Source: Myxococcota bacterium (GTDB lineage: Bacteria > Myxococcota_A > UBA9160 > UBA6930). Taken from it: a stretch of DNA of 64,000 nucleotides. Positions 1 through 9,200 of this stretch are shown in pieces. The stretch's first letter is position 1; each line of letters starts with the position of its first letter. The stretch spans positions 4,800,001 through 4,864,000 of the forward strand of contig OZ245002.1 of the NCBI GenBank assembly GCA_965223415.1, read 5' to 3'. Made by a program: the position numbers and the translations under genes. The notes beneath the pieces are model-generated. The model saw only the letters and a list, made by a program, of their open reading frames with translations. It did not search any database and was not told where the DNA came from.

Positions 1-1
1 C

Positions 2-1207
2 GAGGATGCCACCGAGGCTCCGGTGGCCAAGCTCCTGCAGTCCCTGTTCGAGGACGCGACCCGCACCGGGGCCTCGGACATCCACATCGAGCCGGACGAG
101 GCGGCCCTGCGCGTCCGCCAGCGGATCGACGGGGTGCTGCGGGAGCAGGTGGTCGCGGGGCCCCGCATCGCGGCGGCAGTGGTCCTTCGCCTCAAGCTGA
201 TGAGCGGCCTCGACATCTCCGAGAAGCGCCTGCCCCAGGACGGCCGCTTCAACATCAAGGTGAGCGGACGCACCGTCGACGTCCGCCTCTCCACCATGCC
301 CATCCAACACGGCGAGTCGGTGGTGATGCGGCTGCTCGACCAGAGCGAGGAGCAGCTCAAGATCGAGCACCTGGGCATGCCGAAGCGCGTGCGCGCGAAG
401 TTCCGCGCGGCCCTGGCCCGGCCCCACGGGCTCATCATCGTGACCGGCCCGACCGGCAGCGGCAAGACGACGACCCTCTACGCGGCGCTCCGGGAGGTGA
501 ACCAGGCAAGCAAGAAGATCATCACCGTCGAGGACCCGGTCGAGTACCAGCTGCCGCGGATCAACCAAGTGCAGGTCAACCCCAAGATCGACCTCACCTT
601 CGCCAGCGTGCTGCGCGCGGCCCTGCGGCAGGACCCGGACATCGTGATGATCGGCGAGATGCGCGACCAGGAGACGGCCGAGATCGCCCTGCGCGCGGCC
701 ATGACCGGCCACCTGGTACTCTCCACCCTCCACACGAACGACGCGCCCTCCGCCGCCATGCGCCTGGCCGACATGGGGGCCGAGGGATACCTGGTGGCCT
801 CGGCCCTGCAGTGCGTGATGGCCCAGCGTCTGGTCCGCCGGGTGTGCAAGCGCTGCGGCGCCAAGGCCCGGCCCGAGGGAAACGAGCGGGCCTGGCTCGA
901 GGCGGCCGTGGGAGAGCGGGCGGAGGGGCTCGAGTTCGCCCGGGGCGCCGGCTGCACCCAGTGCAACGGGACCGGCTACCGGGGCCGCATCGGCGCCTAC
1001 GAGCTGCTCAGCATGACGGATCCCCTCGCCGACGCCCTGCGCCAGGCCGACCCCAGCGCCTACGTGCGAACGGCCCGCGAGGATCCGGAGTTCCGCTCCC
1101 TGGTCGCCTGCGCGATGGACTACGCCCGCGCGGGCCTCACGAGCCTGGAGGAGGTGATCCGCCTCGCGACCGAGGCGGAGCCCGACCTCTCCGGCGACGA
1201 CGACTAG
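2..1207 (+). CDS. mshE: MSHA/type IV pilus assembly ATPase (GspE/PilB family), 5'-truncated by window edge
   Basis: ASDIHIEP, Walker A GPTGSGKT, RQDPD, TGHLVLSTLH, tetracysteine motif; frame open to the window start; followed by msh-like genes. Confidence 0.9.
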   Translation, partial: EDATEAPVAKLLQSLFEDATRTGASDIHIEPDEAALRVRQRIDGVLREQVVAGPRIAAAVVLRLKLMSGLDISEKRLPQDGRFNIKVSGRTVDVRLSTMPIQHGESVVMRLLDQSEEQLKIEHLGMPKRVRAKFRAALARPHGLIIVTGPTGSGKTTTLYAALREVNQASKKIITVEDPVEYQLPRINQVQVNPKIDLTFASVLRAALRQDPDIVMIGEMRDQETAEIALRAAMTGHLVLSTLHTNDAPSAAMRLADMGAEGYLVASALQCVMAQRLVRRVCKRCGAKARPEGNERAWLEAAVGERAEGLEFARGAGCTQCNGTGYRGRIGAYELLSMTDPLADALRQADPSAYVRTAREDPEFRSLVACAMDYARAGLTSLEEVIRLATEAEPDLSGDDD

Positions 1208-1208
1208 C

Positions 1209-2432
1209 ATGGCGCTCTTCGCCTACACGGCGCGGGGTCGGGACGGAGCCCTGATCGAGGCACAGATCGACGCCCTCTCCAGCGCCGACGCGGCCGCGCA
1301 GGTCAGGGAGTCCGGCGCGATTCCCGTTCGGATCCAGCAGGCCGAAGAGCGCGCCGCCGCCACCGGACAGGGCGGAATCCGCCTGCGGCGCCGACGGGTC
1401 ACCCAGGAGGACCTGATCTTCTTCTGCCGCCAGATGCACCGGCTCGCCCGCGCGGGCGTGCCGATCGTCCGGTCGATCACCGGCCTGGCCGAGTCGACCC
1501 GCAATCCGGCCTTCCGGGAGATCCTCCTCGACATGCTCGAGGGCCTGCGTTCGGGGCGCGAGCTCTCGGACACGCTGGTCCAGCACCCCGGGATCTTCCC
1601 GCGGCTCTTCGTGAGCGTCGTCCAGATCGGCGAGAACACCGGGCAGCTCGACGACGCCTTCCAGCAGATGGGGCGCTACCTGGAGGACGACCGCGAGAAC
1701 CGGCGTCGGGTGAAGACGGCGCTGCGCTACCCGATGATCGTGATCTCGGCGATCGTCGGCGCGCTGGTGGTGGTCAACATGTGGGTGATCCCCGCCTTCG
1801 CCCGCGCCTTCGGCGAGCTGGGCGCGGAGCTGCCCTGGGCCACCCGGCTGATCATGACCACCAGCAGCTGGACGGTCGCCTACTGGCCCTACGGCCTGAC
1901 CCTGCTGGCAGGACTCGGGCTCCTGACCCGGGCTTTCATCCGCACCGACGAAGGCCGTCTCGCCTGGGACCGGGCCAAGCTCCGTATCCCGCTGGTCGGC
2001 TACATCCAGTACCGCGCGATCCTGGCCCGGTTCGCCCGGGCCTTCGCGGTCACCTCCCGCGCCGGCGTGCCGATGCTCGAAACCCTCCGCATCACCGCCG
2101 GTGCCCTGGACAACGCCTTCCTCTCCGAGCGCATCCGGGGACTGGGCCAGAGCATCGAGCACGGTGAGACGCTCACCCGGGCCGCCGCCGCCTCGGACGT
2201 CTTCGACCCGCTGGTGCTCCAGATGATGGCGGTGGGGGAGGAGACCGGGATGCTCACGGACATGTTCGTCGAGATCGCGGAGACCTACGAAGGCGAGGTG
2301 GAGTACGAGCTCAAGCGGCTGGCCGAGTCGATCGAGCCGATCCTGATCGTGGGCGTGGGCGGCATCGTGTTGCTCATGGCCCTGGGCATCTACCTCCCGA
2401 TGTGGGACCTGGCCGGGGCGGCCCTCGGCTGA
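1209..2432 (+). CDS. mshG: Type IV pilus inner-membrane platform protein (GspF/PilC family)
   Basis: Two GE(N/E)TGxL motifs, ALRYP, C-terminal IYLPMWDL typical of MshG. Confidence 0.9.
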   Translation: MALFAYTARGRDGALIEAQIDALSSADAAAQVRESGAIPVRIQQAEERAAATGQGGIRLRRRRVTQEDLIFFCRQMHRLARAGVPIVRSITGLAESTRNPAFREILLDMLEGLRSGRELSDTLVQHPGIFPRLFVSVVQIGENTGQLDDAFQQMGRYLEDDRENRRRVKTALRYPMIVISAIVGALVVVNMWVIPAFARAFGELGAELPWATRLIMTTSSWTVAYWPYGLTLLAGLGLLTRAFIRTDEGRLAWDRAKLRIPLVGYIQYRAILARFARAFAVTSRAGVPMLETLRITAGALDNAFLSERIRGLGQSIEHGETLTRAAAASDVFDPLVLQMMAVGEETGMLTDMFVEIAETYEGEVEYELKRLAESIEPILIVGVGGIVLLMALGIYLPMWDLAGAALG

Positions 2433-2473
2433 GCGGGGTGCGCCAGACGGCGGCTCCTGGCTGGCTCCGCAGC

Positions 2474-2501
2474 TCAAGTGCAGCCTGGGGCCGGCCGATG
2501 A
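2474..2501 (+). promoter_or_regulatory. Sigma-28 (FliA/WhiG)-like promoter upstream of the major pilin
   Basis: TCAAG-N15-GCCGATGA in the intergenic region. Confidence 0.6.
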
Positions 2502-2560
2502 TTCGCGTGTCCCTGGAAGCCTCCAGCGGCACGCGAAAACCCACCAGGGGGAACATTGCC

Positions 2561-3025
2561 ATGAAGCATCCGGCGAACACCCGACGCGGCTCCGGCTTCA
2601 CGCTGATCGAGCTCGTCGTGGTCATCGCGATCCTCGGGCTGCTGGCCGCTATTGCCCTGCCCAAGTTCGTCGACCTCACGGCCAACGCCCGGACCGCCGC
2701 GTTCGACGGCGTTCGCGGCGGCTTCGCTTCGGGCGTCCAGCTCGCCCACGCCCAGTGGCTCGCCACGGGAACGGCCCCGGCCACCATCACGATGGGCGGC
2801 TCCGTCATCAACATGAACGCCGCAGGCTGGCCCACCGTCGACGCCGCCAACGCCACCCAGGACTCGGCCGCGGAGCTCTACGCGCTGCTCATGACCGGGC
2901 CGATGCCGACCGGCTGGGCGGGCACCGAGGCGCCGGCGGCGGGTGCGGGGACGGCCACCTTCACCCTCGCAGGCGCCGGAGGCGGTGCCTTCACCTACGA
3001 CGCCACGACCGGCGTCGTCAACTAG
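2561..3025 (+). CDS. mshA: Type IV pilin, MshA/MshB-like major pilin
   Basis: GFTLIELVVVIAILGLLAAIALPKF prepilin motif; RBS-like AGGGGG upstream; has its own promoter. Confidence 0.8.
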   Translation: MKHPANTRRGSGFTLIELVVVIAILGLLAAIALPKFVDLTANARTAAFDGVRGGFASGVQLAHAQWLATGTAPATITMGGSVINMNAAGWPTVDAANATQDSAAELYALLMTGPMPTGWAGTEAPAAGAGTATFTLAGAGGGAFTYDATTGVVN

Positions 3026-3036
3026 CCGACCGCGCG

Positions 3037-3519
3037 GTGGGGCTGCTTCCGCCCCAGCGCTCCGCGGGCTTCACGCTCACCGAGCTGGTCCTCGTCGTGA
3101 TGGTGCTGGGCCTGCTCGCCGGCGTGGCGGCACCGCGCTTCTTCGAGCGCAGCACCTTCGACGAACGCATCGCGCGCGACCAGCTGGCGGCTGCCCTTCG
3201 CCACGGCCAGAAGCTGGCCCTGTCGAGCCACTGTGAGGTGCGGGTGCAGACGACCGCGTCGAGCTTTCGCCTGGACCAGCGCACCGCCTGCACCAGCGGC
3301 GCCTTCGGCCAGCCCGTCTTCCATCCGGCGACCGGCCAGGCGGGCTACACGGGAGCCATGCCGCCCGGCGTGGCCTTGGCCAGCTCGGTCAACCCGCTTC
3401 ACTTCGACGCCCTGGGCCGCGCCACCGATGCGGGCGGTGCGGTCTCGGATGCCACGCTCCGCGTGGGCGGGCGCGTCGTCCAGGTGGTGGGGGCCACGGG
3501 ACTTGTCCGCTCGCCCTGA
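3037..3519 (+). CDS. mshC: Minor pilin, MshC/FimT-like
   Basis: GFTLTELVLV prepilin motif; FDALGR and C-terminal TGLV; GTG start inferred. Confidence 0.75.
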   Translation: MGLLPPQRSAGFTLTELVLVVMVLGLLAGVAAPRFFERSTFDERIARDQLAAALRHGQKLALSSHCEVRVQTTASSFRLDQRTACTSGAFGQPVFHPATGQAGYTGAMPPGVALASSVNPLHFDALGRATDAGGAVSDATLRVGGRVVQVVGATGLVRSP

Positions 3520-4000
3520 CCGCCACCGCCGCCGCCGGGGCGTCACGCTGGTCGAGCTGGTCGTCTCCATCTCGATCATCGCCGTCGCGCTCGTCGGCAC
3601 GTTGCAGGTCGTGCGGGTGACCGGGGGCGCCAGCGCCGACCCGATGATCCGACAGCAGGCCGCCGCGATCGCGGAGGCCCATCTCGCCGAGATCCTGCTG
3701 AAGGGGTTCCACGACCCGGATCTCGGCGCCGGGGGAGGGGTCTGTCCGGCCGCCGAAGGGGGCGGGCGGGCCGTCTGGGACAACGTGTGCGACTACGAAG
3801 GCCTCGACGACGCCGGCGCCCGCGACCAGCAGGGGCTCGCGATCCCGGGCCTCGGCGGCTACCGGGTGCGCGTGAGCGTCGACACCACCGCGACCCTGGG
3901 CGGCCTGGTGGGACCCGGGGACGTGGTCCGGGTCGACGTGCGCGTGAATTTCGACACCTCCGTCGACTTCGTCGTCAGTGGCTATCGGACCCGGACGTGA
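3503..4000 (+). CDS. mshD: Minor pilin, MshD-like
   Basis: GVTLVELVV motif, SADPMIRQQA..IAEAHLAEI, DNVCDY, SGYRT; TTG start inferred. Confidence 0.8.
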   Translation: MSARPDRHRRRRGVTLVELVVSISIIAVALVGTLQVVRVTGGASADPMIRQQAAAIAEAHLAEILLKGFHDPDLGAGGGVCPAAEGGGRAVWDNVCDYEGLDDAGARDQQGLAIPGLGGYRVRVSVDTTATLGGLVGPGDVVRVDVRVNFDTSVDFVVSGYRTRT

Positions 4001-4144
4001 GGGTCGCTCCCCGATGGTGGGAACTGGACGTGACGGTCGCTCCTCGATGGTGGGAACTGGACGTGACGGTCGCTCCTCGATGGTGGGAACTGGACGCGAC
4101 GCTCGCTCCCCGATGGTGGGAACTGAACCTGACGGTCGCTCCCC
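3993..4144 (+). repeat. 33-bp tandem repeat, about 4.6 copies
   Basis: Unit GGACGTGACGGTCGCTCCTCGATGGTGGGAACT starting at 3993, 4026, 4059, 4092 and 4125 (partial). Confidence 0.95.
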
Positions 4145-5049
4145 GGCCGTCCGATGCGACGGTGACGCCGGCCCGCCGGCGCCGGGCCGGATTCACCCTG
4201 GTGGAGCTGATCGTGACCCTCACGATCAGCGCACTCCTGGCGGGCCTGCTGATGACGGCGATCCAGGCCCCGCTGCTCGCCTACGAGGACGTGGCCCGTC
4301 GGAGCCGTTTGGTCGACGGAGCCGAGAACGCGGCGCGCCACATCGAGCGGGAGGTGCGCTCGGCCTTGCCGAACAGCCTCCGGCTCGCCGCCGGCGGCCG
4401 GACCCTCGAGCTGATCCCGACGGCCGACGGAGCGCGCTACCGGCGCCAGCCCGGCGTGAACCCGAGCACCGCCGACCATACGGCCGCCAGCGACGTGCTC
4501 GACTTCACCGGGGACGCCTCCTGGAACGTGCTCGGGAGGCTCCGGAACCTGGGCTTCGGCTACGGCGTGGCGCTCCCGGCGGGCCGTCGGATCGCCATCT
4601 ATCCCACCAGCACCTCCGTCTACACCGAGGCCGCGGCGGATGCGTCGCCGGCCGCCGTCACGCCCTCCACCACCACGATCACCGTCCTCGACGACGGGGA
4701 CGAGGACCAGCTGACGCTCTCGGCTCCCTTCGACTTCGCTCTCGAATCGCCGGACCAGCGCCTCTACGTGATCGAGGCGCCGGTCACCTACCGCTGCGAC
4801 CTCGGTGCCGGAACGCTCACCCGCTACGACGGCTACGGCTTCCATGCCGCCCAGCCCGACGCCCCGGCGGCGGCCCCGCTCGCGAGCGGCACCCGCGCCC
4901 TCGTGGTCGAGGGTCTGACGGCGTGCACCTTCACCTACGTGGCGGGCACGGCGAGCCGCGACGGCCTCCTCACCGTCGCGCTCGGCGTGAGCGAAGCGGC
5001 GGAGACCGTGAGCCTGCTCCATCAGGTCCACGTGGAGAACGCGCCGTGA
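3997..5049 (+). CDS. mshO: Minor pilin, MshO-like
   Basis: GFTLVELIV motif, REVRSALPNSLR, C-terminal LLHQVHVENAP; GTG start overlaps the mshD stop (GTGA); an alternative start lies at about 4162. Confidence 0.8.
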   Translation: MRVAPRWWELDVTVAPRWWELDVTVAPRWWELDATLAPRWWELNLTVAPRPSDATVTPARRRRAGFTLVELIVTLTISALLAGLLMTAIQAPLLAYEDVARRSRLVDGAENAARHIEREVRSALPNSLRLAAGGRTLELIPTADGARYRRQPGVNPSTADHTAASDVLDFTGDASWNVLGRLRNLGFGYGVALPAGRRIAIYPTSTSVYTEAAADASPAAVTPSTTTITVLDDGDEDQLTLSAPFDFALESPDQRLYVIEAPVTYRCDLGAGTLTRYDGYGFHAAQPDAPAAAPLASGTRALVVEGLTACTFTYVAGTASRDGLLTVALGVSEAAETVSLLHQVHVENAP

Positions 5050-5459
5050 AGGGGCGGCGGAGGCGAGAGGCGGGCTTCGGCCTGGTCATGGCGATCTTCG
5101 TCCTGCTCGTCCTGGCCGCCGTCGGCCTCGCCCTGGTCGATCTCGGCGCCGTCCAGCGGCGCACGTCCAGTCTCTCGCTCCAGGCCCTGCGCGCGGGGCA
5201 GGCGGCCCGCAGCGGCCTGCAATGGGGCGCCCAGCGGGCGCTCGCCACCGGCACCTGCCCGCCGACCACCACCCTGGCCCTGAGCGAGGGCGGGCTCCAG
5301 GGCTTCACCGCCCGGGTCACCTGCAGCGCGACGGTCCACGTCGAAGCCGCGACCACGTCGACCATCTTCGAGCTGGATGCGGTGGGCGAGTACGGCGCCT
5401 TCGGCAACCCCGACTACGTCCGACGACGCGTCCGCGCGAGCATCCACCAGGGGAGCTAG
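5046..5459 (+). CDS. mshP: MshP-like pilin-related protein
   Basis: GFGLVMAIFVLLVLA, QAARSGLQWG, PDYVRR; GTGA overlap with mshO. Confidence 0.8.
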   Translation: MKGRRRREAGFGLVMAIFVLLVLAAVGLALVDLGAVQRRTSSLSLQALRAGQAARSGLQWGAQRALATGTCPPTTTLALSEGGLQGFTARVTCSATVHVEAATTSTIFELDAVGEYGAFGNPDYVRRRVRASIHQGS

Positions 5460-6247
5460 GAGCCGGGCACGTCTTCCGCCGGCTTTCGCGCCACGCAGAG
5501 GAGGCAATCGCGGAAAGAGGGCACCAGCTTGCAGACGGCCAGGTAGGCGAACATCGCCAGGTCGCCCGGGCCCTGGAGGCGGAGGCCGGGCGCGTAGCCC
5601 TCGGGCGTGCGGTGGAAGCGGTTGGCGACGTTGTCGAAGCGGAAGCTCGCGATCTCGAAGCCCGACCACTGGAGGACGCTCTGCAACCCGGCCCGGGTGT
5701 ACTCGTGGACGTGGTCGATGTACGGATAGCTGCTGTCGAAGAAGCGCCGCGTGTTCATCGGATGTCGCCCGAACAGGAGCGCCAGTCGCTTGCGGAGATT
5801 GGCGTAGTTCGGCGTCTCCACCATCACCAGGCCGCCCGGCTGGAGCACACGCCGCACCTCCGAGAGCAGGTGGCGGGGGCTCCCGTGCAGGTGCTCGATC
5901 ATGTCGAGCAGGGTGACGAGGGCGAACTGGCCGTCCGGGTAGGGCAGGGGTTCGACCAGCGTGTCGCAGTGGGTCGTGGGAACGCCGTGGGCCTCGAGCC
6001 AGGCCCGGTTGTTCGTGTGGAGGTCGGCGCTGGCGACGTCGAAGCCGAGCCGCGCCATCGCCGAGGGGAACACGCCGATGCCCGAGCCCACGTCGAGGAC
6101 GCGACCGCCCGCGGGAACCCACACGAGGGCGTCCTCGAGGTTCAAGCGGTGCTTGACGAAGTTGCGCGCAAAGCTGTCCCCGCGCAGGGCTTCCGGAAGC
6201 TCCGAGCCAACCCAATCCAGCGCGGCGTCGATGTCGGCGTCGGGCAT
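5456..6247 (-). CDS. Class I SAM-dependent methyltransferase
   Basis: VLDVGSGIG, LPYPDGQF, IEHL, RVLQPGG, TPN motifs. Confidence 0.85.
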   Translation of the reverse strand: MPDADIDAALDWVGSELPEALRGDSFARNFVKHRLNLEDALVWVPAGGRVLDVGSGIGVFPSAMARLGFDVASADLHTNNRAWLEAHGVPTTHCDTLVEPLPYPDGQFALVTLLDMIEHLHGSPRHLLSEVRRVLQPGGLVMVETPNYANLRKRLALLFGRHPMNTRRFFDSSYPYIDHVHEYTRAGLQSVLQWSGFEIASFRFDNVANRFHRTPEGYAPGLRLQGPGDLAMFAYLAVCKLVPSFRDCLLCVARKPAEDVPGS

Positions 6248-6290
6248 CGGCCGAGCATAGGCTACGGCGCGCCCGCGGCGGCGCGCGGGC

Positions 6291-9200
6291 TCAGTAGGCG
6301 TCGCGGACGTAGATCGTGCGCCCCTCGCCGGCGAAGATGCCGAAGGTCGCCCGGCCCGAGGGGCTCTCGAGCCAGCCGCCGTCGCCGTCCCAGTCGCCGA
6401 AGAGCCAGGGAAGGTCGGCGCCGGTCGCGGTGGTGAGGTCGAAGAGCAGGTCCACGTGTCCGGTCTGCCCGGCTCCGGGAGCGGAGAGGGCGAGGCCGGC
6501 GTCCCCGGCGAAGAGCGGATCGTTCGCGATCGAGGGCGTGGTGGGGAGGCTCGGGGGCTGGGGCGCGAGCCCCAGCCAGGCGGTCGAGGCGGGGCTGCAG
6601 ACGTCGGCGGCATGGGCCACGAAGGCGCTTCCGTTCCACAGCTCGGCGCGCAGCGGGACGCCCAGGGCCGCGAGCTCGGAGCCATGGGCGTTGGCGAGGG
6701 CCATGCGCCCGAAGCGCTGCTCCTTGCCGGTGTCGAAGGCGATCCCCAGGCCCGGTGTCGCCTGGCCGAAGCGCACCGGGTTGGCCGCAGCAGCGACGCC
6801 GTCCTGGTCCTGGAGGTCGAAGCGCAGCTCGATCTCCGCGTCGAAGGCCGGGATCGGCGCGCTGCGCACGAAGCCCAGATCGGGCCCGCCCGTGAAGGAC
6901 AGCCGGCCGATGCCGGCGCCCAGGGGCGTCACGCTCGGCGGGTTCGGTGCGGCGGCCGTGAGCGAACCGGTGGCCGAGAGGAAGGCCAGGCCCGTCTGGC
7001 TCGCCCCGTCGAGGCGGAACCAGCTGCCGGTGTAGTTCTCGGTCGTCGTGCCCTGGGCATTGCGTGCGGTGGCCGTCACCTCGGGCTCCTGGCCGGCGGC
7101 GAAGGAAACGGGCTGGCCCACGTAGCCGAAGCCCCCTGCGGGGCAGGCCGTCGCGAAGCTCGGCGTGTTCAACGCGACGTCGAAGTGGTCCGGGGTGAAG
7201 CGGCCGACGGTCCCGGATTCGCTTCCCGTGACGTCTCCGGTCCCGAGGTAGCTCCCGTCGGCCAGGCTCGCCTGGAGGCGGATCGCGCCGACCTCGTCCC
7301 AGCCGAAGGTGGTGCCTCGGAAGGTGCCCGCCGGCGAGATCCCGGCGAAGGCCGTCGCGTTCAGGATCGCGCCGGTTCCCGTGGTGCCGTTGCGCCCACC
7401 GCCCGGAGCCACGAGGGTCGAGGCGTGCAGGCGAAGCCTCTCCGGGCTGGCCTCGCGGCCGAAGCTCGGCGTCAGGCTGCCCTCGGCGTCGAGCACGCGA
7501 AGCTCCACCTCGAACGGGCTTCCCGCCGCCACGAAGACGCTGCCCGTCGGAATCGGGACCGCGGGGTTCGGGCTCCCGTCCGGCCGGCGCACCGCGGTGA
7601 TCTCCAGCTCGTCGGGCCGGACGACGAACGCATTCGTGGACCCGGTGATGCCGCCAGCGGGCTCGGTCACGCTCTCGTCCTTGAGCCCGATCTGGATCCG
7701 TCCCACATCCTTGTACTTCGCCGACACCACGGCTTGCCCGTTGCCGAAGGTGACCGCGTGGGGAAGGGCGGCGGCCTCGCTGGCGGCGATCGGCACGCCG
7801 CCGACGGTCGGGACGAGGGCGCCCGTCGTCGGGTCGAGATGGCTGCCCCAGAAGGCGAGGGGCCGGCTCCCGGTGTAGGACTCGATCACGCCGCAGGTGG
7901 GGTCGTTCGGGGTCTGGCCGTAGGCCGTGAGATGGAGGGAGAAGGGGCTTCCGGCGGTCTGACTGGGAATCGGATCGGCGACCACGGCCGGCGGCGGATT
8001 CGTGAGCGCGCTCGCCGTCACGACGATGCCGCTCGGCGCCCACGCGAGGCTGCCCTCCGCGTCGTCGTCCCGAACGGTCGGAGTCGCCGTCTCGAAGGCA
8101 TCCACGTCCACCGGCGTGCCGCCCTCCAGGTAGGTGAGCGTGAAGCTCGCCATGCCGTCGTCTGCGTCGGTGAAGGTGTAGGTCGCGATGCCGTCGTTCG
8201 GCGTGGCGTCGGCGAAGCCGCCCTGGTTCGATGCGGCCGCCGCCCACGTGCCCTTTCCGGTCTGGGTGTCGAGGGTGATGGCTCCCGTGTAGTCGTCGAC
8301 GGCGAGGCCCCCGGTGTCCAGGGCGGTGACCGTGATCCTCTCGCCCAGGCAGTAGACGCCGTGGCCGTCGTGACCGATGGCGAAGTGGTCCACGCGCGCG
8401 GCCCGGAGAGCCTCGTAAGCCCCGATGTCGAAGGCGCCGCCCAGCGGCCGCGGGTTGCCTTCGAGGTCCTCGGACGTCGTGGCACTGGCGTCGGTGCCCG
8501 CATCGATTGCGGGCGAGCTCGCCAGGAGGTGGAAGTCGCCGGCGGCGACGAATGACGGATTCGTGAAGACCTCCCCGGTGCCGGCGGAGGTGCCCGAGAA
8601 GTGCCCGCCGCGATTGGCCCAGAGGACGTTGTACGCGTGGGTGACGGCACTGCCCGAGCCGGTCCGCCGGATGCCGTGGCCACGGCTTCCGCTCACGATC
8701 GAGTTCGTCAGGAATGCGCTCGCGCGATCCACCAGCAGCCCGTCGCTGCCGTTGTCGGCGAGGACGACGTGCCACAAGTTCGCGCGACTTCCGCGGACGA
8801 CGCGGGCGCCGCTCGCCTTGCTGCCCGCGACGATGCTGTTCACGAGGGAGGCCTGCGCGTTCAGCGTGACGTAGACACCGTGGCCCCCGCTCGCCAGGAG
8901 GCGACTCCGATAGATCCGGCCGGTCGCGGCCGAGTCGACCTGGACCGCCTCGTCGCCGCTGCGCTCCACCTGTCCCCCGGTCAGGGAGAACACGGCGCCG
9001 CCCGTGACCTCGATGCCATCGCCGCGGTTGTCGGCGAGCGTGGCTCCGAAGACCCTCACGTCGCCGGCGCCCGAGACACGAATGCCATCCTCGCCGCTGC
9101 GATCGATCTGGAGGTCCACGGCGTCCATGGTGGACCGCAGCACCTCCAGTCCCTGGCGCCCGCTCCCGTGGATCGAGGTCTGCCGGATCGATCCCTTGGC

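Noticed and set aside
3993..4144. Possible CRISPR array
   Set aside because: Units are contiguous with no unique spacers; no cas genes in the window.
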